Below are positions 13,999 to 25,900 of a stretch of DNA of 64,000 bases, one piece after another. This stretch comes from Phoronis australis (Eukaryota > Animalia > Phoronida): the NCBI GenBank assembly GCA_002633005.1, contig NMRA01000001.1:682917-746916 (forward strand), in the 5' to 3' direction. Within the stretch, counting starts at the first letter, position 1; every line of letters starts with the position of its first letter. The notes under the pieces were generated by a model. The model ran no database searches, was not told the origin of the DNA, and worked only from the letters and a program-made list of their open reading frames with translations. A program made the translations under genes and the position numbers.

Positions 13999-16900
13999 CA
14001 TAGCTAATGTTTATCACCCACTCGTAAGGCACATGATGTCAATTGAACACTTAAAGTAGACAAAAATATGCACATTCAGAATAGAGATCCATGGTATGTC
14101 TTCCAATGCTGCCCCCTGGTGACGAGAAATTCCATCATGTGCTGTCATTTCCCACAATTCACTGCGCATATGAAATCCTCCTCTAATCGGAAAAAGGTCA
14201 ATTAAAATGTGACCAACGAATGAATGCCACCTACCAGAGTCAGGCTTCTTGCCCACAATCTTTAGTACCAGCTCAGTCCATTTGGTGGCAGCCATGTGGT
14301 TCTGTATGAGGCGACAAGAGGCGACACGTCGTAGGAACACTAGGTAGTCACCGAGAGCTGTTTCGGCAGCTTGCAGACTGGCGCCATCCAGACCTAAGGG
14401 AAACCAAAACACAAACTGCCAATAGAGGTCAGTGCAACAAATGTGCGCATTTAGCCAAATATCAACAAAGACATAAATCTTTAAAATTCTACGTTTTCTA
14501 AAAGTAGAAAGCTTGTAGTGTTTTATTTTCAACTTAATATCAATGTAATTAAATGGGTCACGCCATCATATATTTTTGGTAAAATGTAGCAAAAACGAAA
14601 GGTAAATTCATAGCAAAACAACAGTATGAATAGCACGGCCAAATTTCTTTTGACATAAATGTTCAGAACGCAATCTCAAAAGTGATGTAAAAGCTTCCTA
14701 AAATGTCACTTTGATTTACTCATATTTTGAGTTTTTCCATGATAAAAATCATAAAACCCTGTTCCTGACATCCCCTCAAGCAACACAAACATATTTTAAA
14801 GACAATTCCCAACAGAATTATAGAGAACAGTGGATAGAGCAGAGTATGCAAAAGTTTTAAATGAATGCCATAAACCATTTCTGAGATGTGATGGTCCAAA
14901 GTTACCCAAGCCTAAAGGCTCCCACATAACCTAAAATTTGTGATTGAAAAGATTAAGAAATTATGGCCCAATTGTTCTTCTCGAGACCAGAAAACAAGTT
15001 TAACAGAGTATTTAATAAGACGACGCCAATTTTACAGCCATAACATAATGAGGAAAATCAAGTTATCTTTTACTAAAGACACCGGTTTACTACATCTTTA
15101 AATCAACACTTCAAAAGCGAGTTCACAAACTTACTTCCTGGCAACACGTGCAATGAATAAAATGTATCAATGTGTCAGCCTCGGGTAGACTTTTGACAAA
15201 TGAAATGCCAGCTGATCTGAGACAGGAACTCAGTGGCAGGTAACACACCACTCAGATGACGTCACTTTACAAAGCTACAAGTCATTTCGCGACTAGGCAC
15301 ATGTATGGTAACAGCAATTCCAATGCACTACCAGAAATTATAATGCACCAATGACTTGAAGCGCAAAAGAATCACAAGACTAACCAAATGACCAATAAAA
15401 GTCCTTTATCTCTACCTACCATGGCTCAAGTCAAATTTCTCTTTGTCCGTGTTGTCACCTTCATTGACCTCGTCTTTCGTTTGACCAGTATCAGTGTTTA
15501 TCTTGACCTTGACTGCAGCTCCTGACCTTTGACATACAACCTTGATAAGTTTGACGAGTTGGCAATAGAGAAGGTCGACCACTGATTGGATGATGCCGCT
15601 GCTGAGTTTCTCCGCGTGAAATCTGATTGGGTAAAAGAATATCAGTTGGATGCTTTGAAAGCAAAAGACATCTCCAATTCATACTAATACACCACTTGTT
15701 CTTAGTAAACAGGTCTATGCCCAAATACTTGGGTGGTGATGTAGCCAATTTTAGTCCAGAGAGGTCAATCCATACTTCACCATCTTGGCGTATACATGCA
15801 TATGGAACAATTTCCAGCAAATTGCCCAGAGCATGTAATTATTTGGACAAAAACAACAGCATAGTAAATGTTGAACTTTGTCCAGTTTCCAAGAAAACTG
15901 ACTCCTGAAAACTTGACATTAATTCTCAATCACAAAAACTTGGTTGTTACACAAAATGATACTGATATAACACATTGGGCACAAAATTCCCAGGAATCGT
16001 GCACTTAAGTGATGACTAAATGTATTGACAAACTCACTTGCACTGTCTATTTGGCTCTGCAAAATATATGCCCGGGCGTATATTTGGATTTGGCTTTTAG
16101 TCCCAAAATTGCCATTTTCCCAATATATAACCACAGCTATTCCTCGGAAACCCGAAGAACATATTTATAATCATTTGTAGGCCCCCATGTTGAAGACTCG
16201 ACCTCATTACAGCGAACATTTGATGAACAGCGCACGATGATCAGCACCTTATATTTTAAACAATCATAGCGCTGTTTGTATTTATAACAAAACATTGCGC
16301 TGTAAGACTTCACACACAACTTAGCAACACGGCGTAACTTTTGATAAAAGTGAAGGGTCACGTCCATTAGGTTCAAAAGCTAGTTTTTAATACAGACTTT
16401 TCACAGGATTTCAGAGCGTCTTACAAGTTTCTACATTAAGTGCAATTTTGGATACTGAGTTAAAACTTTTCCTCCACAAGACATTTGCGATCAGTTGTCC
16501 CCACTCATATACTGAATTAATTATAGATAGCTGCAATTAACATGATTGTTTTATTTGTAACTAATACGACAATAAATCGCGTAGTTATATATTAATAAAG
16601 ATAATGAATAGATAATTCTAAGTTACAGAATTGAAAACCATGGTGGTCTTAATGATGACATCATAAATTGTGACAGCAAAAGGTCAAAGTTCAACTTCTG
16701 AGAGAGATAAAAAAGATGTTAGCAGTAGCGTTATTCTTTCTATTACTAATTTTCCACTAATTTCTTTTCCAGACATTATCTAAAGCAAAATCCAACACTA
16801 AAACGGGAAACACAACAATCACTAAGTAGTGCTAGTGAAGAAAGGTCTCCATTTACAACACCTGAATAGATCGAGAACAAAAAGCGAGTTCTTCATCGTG

Positions 16901-19900
16901 GGATCGTCAGTGGGTTAAGGAACCCACCCGACTCCCTGTATGCATGCATTTACACATCCCTCACTAGCAGCATCAGGTGAATTTTGAGTTGCCTATACCA
17001 CATGGTGCAGGCACAGAAAAAATCTCAATTGTAAATCGTTTGAAAGCTATTTGATAAACCTTGCCCCAAAATTTCATCTAATATGGATTTCTCAATTTTC
17101 ATTTTATGGCAAACAGTCAGTAAAGAATTTCATCACGATACCGACGATGACCAAAGAAGTCTGGTATATGGAGACGTTTTGATTCGAATTTATCAATTTC
17201 TGTTTTGAAAACCATATTCCAGATTTGTGGCGACATTCCCGATACAATATGGCGTACGAGCTCTACGGAAAGGAACCAGTTGCACTGTATCATCAAATAG
17301 GAGACGAACTTCGATGTAAGAAGGCAAAATTTCACTATACGGGGCCGCCAGAGGAGCTGGACGGCTGTCAATGGCCCATGCCAACAACCAGATACGCCAC
17401 CTACAGGGCAACACTGACTATACACATGATACTATGGTTTGCATTGTCTTTTTATGAATTTGACAATCCAAATGACCTGCCATACACTACAGCAACGAAA
17501 TGGATTTTGCAGCTCGGAAATTGGAACATAGTAACACTACTTGGGTATACAGTGTGGAGTTTGACCATTCAAGTAAACACTATTGCCAGAGATTATTATA
17601 ACAAATGGCAGATTAACAAAACTATATTGGACTACACAGACTCCAAAATGCTGCGCATGTTAAAAACAGAAGACAACAACAAGAAATCCAAAGGACGCAA
17701 GCACGGCAGCAAGGCTAGTAAATCGCGGCAAACGTCGAGTACAGGACCCATGCATAAAAGCACCTCACCCCAACCGTCAACGGGGTCACCATCGCCTACC
17801 ATACTAACTAAACCCGGAATTTTGAAACGTCCAACCAAGGTATTCCCCCACGACCCAACACAACAGCACACTAAAGGCAAGGAGATTCCCCTAAGTGAAA
17901 AGGAACCACAGAACGAGGTGGACAGAACTGACAGTAAAAACACAAGCTGTCGAATCAAGAAAGTCGTCAATAAACATGTGCCGCAAATAACGCTCAACAA
18001 GAGCCTAATAGAAAGCCCTAGTCAAATATTGGAATATGACACCTTGTCGAGCTCGCCCAGTCTAAGCGGTAGCTTCATGCCCATTGACTTTGACCCACTT
18101 CCTCAACAAGAGGAACCAGAACCTCAGTCTACCATCCTCCCGCCAAACCCCATCAACGTTGCCACCAAGCACAAGGTGAGCTGGCTTCTCTACGACATCT
18201 CATTCACCGTCTCTNGGGCGTATATTTGGATTTGGCTTTTAGTCCCAAAATTGCCATTTTCCCAATATATAACCACAGCTATTCTTCGGAAACCCGAAGA
18301 ACATATTTATAATCATTTGTAGGCCCCCATGTTGAAGACTCGACCTCATTACAGCGAACATTTGATGAACAGCGCACGATGATCAGCACCTTATATTTTA
18401 AACATTCATAGTGCTGTTTGTATTTATAACAAAACATTGCGCTGTAAGACTTCACACACAACTTAGCAACACGGCGTAACTTTTGATAAAAGTGAAGGGT
18501 CACATCCATTAGGTTCAAAAGCCAGTTTTTAATACAGACTTTTCACAGGATTTCACAGCGTCTTACAAGTTTCTACATTAAGTGCAATTTTGGATACTGA
18601 GTTAAAACTTTTCCTCCACAAGACATTTGTGATCAGTTGTCCCCACTCATATACTGAATTAATTATAGATAGCTGCAATTAACATGATTGTTTTATTTGT
18701 AACTAATACGACAATAAATCGCATAGTTATATATTAGTAAAGATAATGAATAGATAACTCTAAGTTACAGAATTGAAAACCATGGTGGTCTTAATGATGA
18801 CATCATAAATTGTGACAGCAAAAGGTCAAAGTTCAACTTCTGAGAGAGATAAAAAAGATGTTAGCAGTAGCGTTATTCTTTCTATTACTAATTTTCCGCT
18901 AATTTCTTTTCCAGACATTATCTAAAGCAAAATCCAACACTAAAACGGGAAACACAACAATCACTAAGTAGTGCTAGTGAAGAAAGGTCTCCATTCACAA
19001 CACCTGAATAGACCGAGAACAGAAAGCGAGTTCTTCATCGTGGGTTAAGGAACCCACCCCACTCCCTGTATGCATGCGTTTACACATCCTTCACTAGCAC
19101 CATCAGGTGAATTTTGAGTTGCCTATACCACATGGTGCAGGCACAGAAAAAATCTCAATTGTAAATCGTTTGAAACCTATTTGATAAACCTTGCTCCAAA
19201 ATTTCATCTAATATGGATTTCTCAATTTTCATTTTATGGCAAACAGTCAGTAAAGAATTTCATCACGATACCGACGATGACCAAAGAAGTCTGGTATATG
19301 GTTCGAATTTATCAATTTCTGTTTTGAAAACCATATTCCAGATTTTGTGGCGACATTCCCGATACAATATGGCGTACGAGCTCTACGGAAAGGAACCAGT
19401 TGCACTGTATCATCAAATAGGAGACGAACTTCGATGTAAGAAGGCAAAATTTCACTATACCGGGCCGCCAGAGGAACTGGACGGCTGTCAATGGCCCATG
19501 CCAACAACCAGATACGCCACCTACAGGGCAACACTGACTATACACATGATACTATGGTTTGCATTGTCTTTTTATGAATTTGACAATCCAAATGACCTGC
19601 CATACACTACACCAACGAAATGGATTTTGCAGCTCGGAAATTGGAACATAGTAACACTACTTGGGTATACAGTGTGGAGTTTGACCATTCAAGTAAACAC
19701 TATTGCCAGAGATTATTATAACAAATGGCAGATTAACAAAACTATATTGGACTACACAGACTCCAAAATGCTGCGCATGTTGAAAACAGAAGACAACAAC
19801 AAGAAATCCAAAGGACGCAAGCACGGCAGCAAGGCTAGTAAATCGCGGCAAACGTCGAGTACAGGACCCATGCATAAAAGCACCTCACCCCAACCGTCAA

Positions 19901-22900
19901 CGGGGTCACCATCGCCTACCATACTAACTAAACCCGGAATTTTGAAACGTCCAACCAAGGTATTCCCCCACGACCCAACACAACAGCACACTAAAGGCAA
20001 GGAGATTCCCCTAAGTGAAAAGGAACCACAGAACGAGGTGGACAGAACTGACAGTAAAAACACAAGCTGTCGAATCAAGAAAGTCGTCAATAAACATGTG
20101 CCGCAAATAACGCTCAACAAGAGCCTAATAGAAAGCCCTAGTCAAATATTGGAATATGACACCTTGTCGAGCTCGCCCAGTCTAAGCGGTAGCTTCATGC
20201 CCATTGACTTTGACCCACTTCCTCAACAAGAGGAACCAGAACCTCAGTCTACCATCCTCCCGCCAAACCCCATCAACGTTGCCACCAAGCACAAGGTGAG
20301 CTGGCTTCTCTACGACATCTCATTCACCGTCTCTGTGGCAACAACGGTGATCTTCTGGAGTATGAGGTACGACGGTGCGAACTTCAATTTCTCGCATTTA
20401 TTTTATGGACTGAACATCGTCGTCGTTCTTCTAGACTCTTTCATGGTACCATACCCCATCTACTTTCTTCACATCTGGCATACCTACATCTTTAGCCTCA
20501 TTTTCACCATGAGCACAGTAGTCTACGTGGCTGCGACACCAGATTCAAACGGCAGCGACACATGGGTGTATACAACTGATGGGCGCGCCATGGTGGAGCG
20601 CGTCAGCCTTATCTTCCTTCTCTTGATACCAGGATGTCAGATAATGTCTGTTGTGACCTATTACGTGCGGGCAAGAGTGTTTGCACATATATTAAGTGAA
20701 ACGCTCAATCCAAAAGATTCGTGGGTCTCCATATCTAAGCAGTTTTCCTGCTGCAGCAATAAATGTGACTGTCTTTGAATATTGGCCATAGTTCATTTCC
20801 ATTATCAACATCTCCTAATTGACAATGAGTAATGTATTGCCAAACAAATCACACAGATGAAATCATTCGCCAGTTTACCTTGATCTAATCGTACACAAGA
20901 TCAAGATTTTCACTCATTGATATTTAAAACCAATCAACTTAATGGCAAAAATATTTTCTTTCGCGCTCCAAATTTTGTGCAAAATAAATAGGTCAAGTCG
21001 AGTCGTACAAAGTCATGGTAAATATTCATCTCAATTAATGTTAGTTTTGAAACAGAATCACGGGTCCTGTCAGAGTAAATAGTGAAGGTTTAATCTGTAG
21101 GAATATTGAATTCTATTTCTATCAGCATTTATGCTGCTTTTAATTGTGAGGTAAAACCAAAAAATGGCAATTTATTCACTGAAAAGGTTGTTGAAGCCAG
21201 CTTGGTTATGATTTCCTGATGGAGGATGACCACAAGATTTATTAGGGCACGGTGACGATCAATGACATGATTACATAATACACTGTTTTAGTTAATTATT
21301 ATGAAATTATTGTGTAAAAAAGCATTGACATGATTTTGGGAAGAAATCCATCAAGAAATCAACTTGTACTAAAGAAATAGTATGTCTCATAGTACATTAT
21401 AGAACAAATCTTCTACGGGCAAATGTCAAAACACAGAAAGCGCATAGACTAAGCATTTCCTCTGAATGACTTGTGCACTGTCTAAACGTCTAGCATCATT
21501 AAGGACTCTGACCAGCTAAGTGCATCGTGGGTAATGACATGCTACCGATTCGTGTTACATCACAAAGGATTGTGAACAACAGGTAAAGCCCTGCAGTACA
21601 GTGGGAGATAATTGCAGTTAGTACAAGGAGTGACCAACAGCACTGCTTTGAGAGACAGTCGTGGTGTGCGAAGTTGGTTGCAAAAGTGACCAGCAAGAAT
21701 GCCGTTCAATGAGCATGGAGTCATAGATGTTGGGAGAGCAGATAAAAATGGCGATTTAGTCAAATTTATACCCACAAAGGCTTCCATCTTAATTACTGTT
21801 AGGGCACTTAATTAACAACAGGTGTCGCTAGTATTGGTTACAGGTTGTTACATTTTAAGTATATTATAAGATTTGATCAATCTCAGTCCATCCACTCACA
21901 ATGATCACAAAACATAATTAAACGAGAACACACTTGAGCAAGTATCGACTTAATAATTTTCCAGTGCACTACGTTTTGATATCTAAGAATTTTCGTTTCA
22001 AAAAAGTTCAGCTACAAACGCAATCCGTACATACCCAGTAGTCACCGAGACTATCTGAAGCAGACGGAACGCTGAGACTGTAAGAATGAGGCTGAGTTGC
22101 GATTGGTTGGTGCTACACAGCATATGGTGAAGGGGTGAGATGGCCAACGGAGTGCCGCACAGCTTGGACAACAGAGGTAGCATACCAGTGGACACGGCCA
22201 GAGAGATATCAACCGGACAATAGTGGACACTCAGGGCATAAATGGTGACTAGAAGTAGCCGCTCTCTAGTGCCTGGAGGAAGAGAAGTGACGGTGAATCA
22301 TATCAACTGACAATTGTCAGACACAAGAACATGAATGAACCACAGCTTCAAAACATGACATTTAACATTCTTTCAACCAAATGAAGTCCTGTCAAGATAA
22401 GAAGTTTTCAAGAATAATTTCGAAGGAGTGAGCAACCTAATTTGGATTTTGTTCTTCAACAGGAAAATAAAATTAATCTAAGAAACTTACGTAACTATAT
22501 CATACAATCAGGAGCGAAATGTTAAAAATATTACAAGTGTGCAATTAGAAATTGACTACTAAGAATGATGTTCTATAGCCCCTACCCTTTCCTAGAGATT
22601 CATCGGCCTGTCTGTCTGACAAAGACTCCACGAGTAGTTCGTATATCTTGTGAACAGACACCTGGATTTCTTGCTGTGTCTTGGAGTAAGCAGAACGTAT
22701 CCCATCCTAGGACAGGGAAGAATGATTATGTTGTAACATGAAAATTCTTAAAAGAGAAACTTAATTTTACACAATGAGCATTAAACTTTAAACAAATCCT
22801 TTTATAAAAATCTACAATTAGGATGGCAAAAGTCTAATTATTACAGAATGGCTTAGCCACTTTACTAATTTTCCTGTTCCCCCCACGCATTATTTGCAAC

Positions 22901-25900
22901 AAGCCAATCAGCAGAAAAAAAGAGAAATTTTAAATTAGGTAATTATTTTTCAGCTCCGTATTTTCTCAATCTCTAACAGTAAAAATTTTAGTTTAGAACA
23001 TCTCTAAAATTTGGGAGTCTCTAAAATTTGGGACACTGAAATTCAAGCAAAAATTAAATGTTCTCGATTCTGAACATTGTGACATGGGTAATTTTGGCAT
23101 TCGTCACATTTCTCAAGTATAGGACGCTGCATTTTGTATCAACAAAGTCTGAGATAAAATAAATCGACGTATATTACGACTCATTCAGTAATGGTGTCAC
23201 ACAACTGGGACAGGCTCACTCAGTAATGGTGTCACACAACTGGGACAGGATTCTGGCTAAAGCTTCCCACCGATTTTCTCAACTCCGACCAAATCCACGA
23301 AAGGTCACACACACTTGAAAATGCCAGCAGCACTAGCAAAATGTTGCCCTTTTATCTTGACGTTCAGTAGTGACTCATTATTTTTTTAGATAAAACCATC
23401 TCAAAAAATATCACCTGCCAATGCAAAATTCCTCTTTCTCATTATTATTGATATTAGGGAGAGTCAATATTGCCCATTGCTACTAGCGGTTATAGCTCCG
23501 ACCTTAACAAAATATTAAAAAATTAAATTTTTCAAAGTCCCAAATTAAGCCAGGTGTAACCGTAAATCAAAACCTTCGACCATTACCTGATAGTGTGCCA
23601 TACGCTTGTCTCCTTCTTCTGCCTGTCCGCTGTCAACGGGTGCAGCTCCATGCATGACACCGAGGCCGAAGCAGCCGGCTAGTAAGTGCATGTGTACGGA
23701 GTTGAGCAATGTTGTGGGTGACTGGCCAATGGGTGGGGTTGACGGCGAGGGGGTCGAGGTCTTCTGCTGCCCTTGTTTGTTGGTGGACAACATCTCCAGA
23801 ATTTGGTTGAGTGCATCCAGGCGAGACTAGCCACGAGAAATTATACAACTAATTGGGGGAAATGTATTTAGAATAAGGACTTTAAGTAAATTCCTGTTAA
23901 CAAAGACGTTCACTCGTAACAGGTACAGTACGTTACGCAATTAACTCTTATAGCAAAGCCAAAACCAGATACTGACCTGCCACCAAGCAAGTCACAGAGT
24001 TTCATGGCAAAACTGATTTTCATATTGAGGGTTTTCTATGCAAAAGGTTTCTAGTTTATCACAGGTTACTTCCCATATGTGGTACTCAATTATACCAGGG
24101 CTTGGAATGACCAATGACAAAAAACGCGGAAACTTTCATGGCCCAAAACATGCGCGCTACCCAGCCTTGAAATAGTCGATGTGAACCTTTCGCCCACAAA
24201 AATCGGTAGGACTAAAAAAAACGTTACCACCATCAGTAGCATGCGTCTGCGTCTTTTTATCTCGTCCATCCACTCCTCCACTCCCACCCCCACACATTTT
24301 TGGCTGCAGAGCCATAGTATTTGTCACCGCGGTTTACAATCACACGAGACGCCATTGAAAATCCCACCACGCTATCCCAGATGCCCCGGCAATGTTGACT
24401 ATTTACGTTCCTCCGAAACATAAAGAGCAACTTCCACTTTTCAAGGTGAATGTTGACGGCAACACCGCGGTAAGAAAGGAATTTGACGCGGAAATTTTAT
24501 ATCAAATCCGATTTTTTTACGCAGAAATGTAATAAAATGCGCTGACAGAACATTTGAAAAAAGCGGAAATCCGCGTTTCCGCGGAAAATTCCAAGCCCTG
24601 TTATACAGATGAGTCGACTGGTGCAAACAGGTTGATTTGACAGAGACTGAGGACAGAAATCTTTCATAAAAGCTAGTAGTGCCAGGTACTGGCTAAACTA
24701 ACACCTTGTTTACATAACGGAATGCCACGACAAATTGTCCACCACCAAAACCTTTAATCCAACATTCAAATTCGATTATGCTTTGATGAGTTATCATNAC
24801 CATTACCTGATAGTGTGCCATACGCTTGTCTCCTTCTTCTGCCTGTCCGCTGTCAACGGGTGCAGCTCCATGCATGACACCGAGGCCGAAGCAGCCGGCT
24901 AGTAAGTGCATGTGTACGGAGTTGAGCAATGTTGTGGGTGACTGGCCAATGGGTGGGGTTGACGGCGAGGGGGTCGAGGTCTTCTGCTGCCCTTGTTTGT
25001 TGGTGGACAACATCTCCAGAATTTGGTTGAGTGCATCCAGGCGAGACTAGCCACGAGAAATTATACAACTAATTGGGGGAAATGTATTTAGAATAAGGCC
25101 TTTAAGTAAATTCCTGTTAACAAAGACGTTCTCTCGTAACAGGTACAGTACGTTACACAATTAACTCTTATAGCAAAGCCAAAACGAGATACTGACCTGC
25201 CACCAAGCAAGTCACAGAGTTTCATGGCAAAACTGATTTTCATATTGAGGGTTTTCTACGCAAAAGGTTTCTAGTCTATCACAGGTTACTTCCCATATGT
25301 GGTACTCAATTATACCAGGGCTTGGAATGACCAATGACAAAAAACGTGGAAACTTTCACGGCCCAAAACATGCGCGCTACCCAGCCTTGAAATAGTCGAT
25401 GTGAACCTTTCGCCGACAAAAATCGGTAGGACTAAAAAAAACCGTTACCACCATCAGTAGCATGCGTCTGCGTCTTTTTATCTCGTCCATCCACTCCTCC
25501 ACTCCCACCCCCAAACATTTTTGGCTGCAGAGCCATAGTATTTGTCACCGCGGTTTACAATCACACGAGACGCCATTGAAAATCCCACCACGCTATCCCA
25601 GATGCCCCCGCAATGTTGACTATTTACGTTCCTCCGAAACGTAAAGAGCAACTTCCACTTTTCGAGGTGAATGTCGTCGGCAACGCCGCGGTAAGAAAGG
25701 AATTTGCCGCGGAAATTTTATATCAAATCCGATTTTTTTACGTGGAAATGTAATAAAATGCGCTGACAGAACATTTGAAAAAAGCGGAAATCCGCGTTTC
25801 CGCGGAAAATTCCAAGCCCTGTTATACAGATGAGTCGACTGGTGCAAACAGGTTGATTTGACAGAGACTGAGGACAGAAATCTTTCATAAAAGCCAGTAG

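Noticed and set aside
19213-19368. 52-aa N-terminal extension of the 521-aa ORF
   Set aside because: The second copy has frame-breaking indels here, and most of the stretch fits a GT-AG 5'UTR intron
21490-21800. Coding-like stretch downstream of the rost-like gene
   Set aside because: Only short unrecognisable ORFs, and HERC1 needs no exon here
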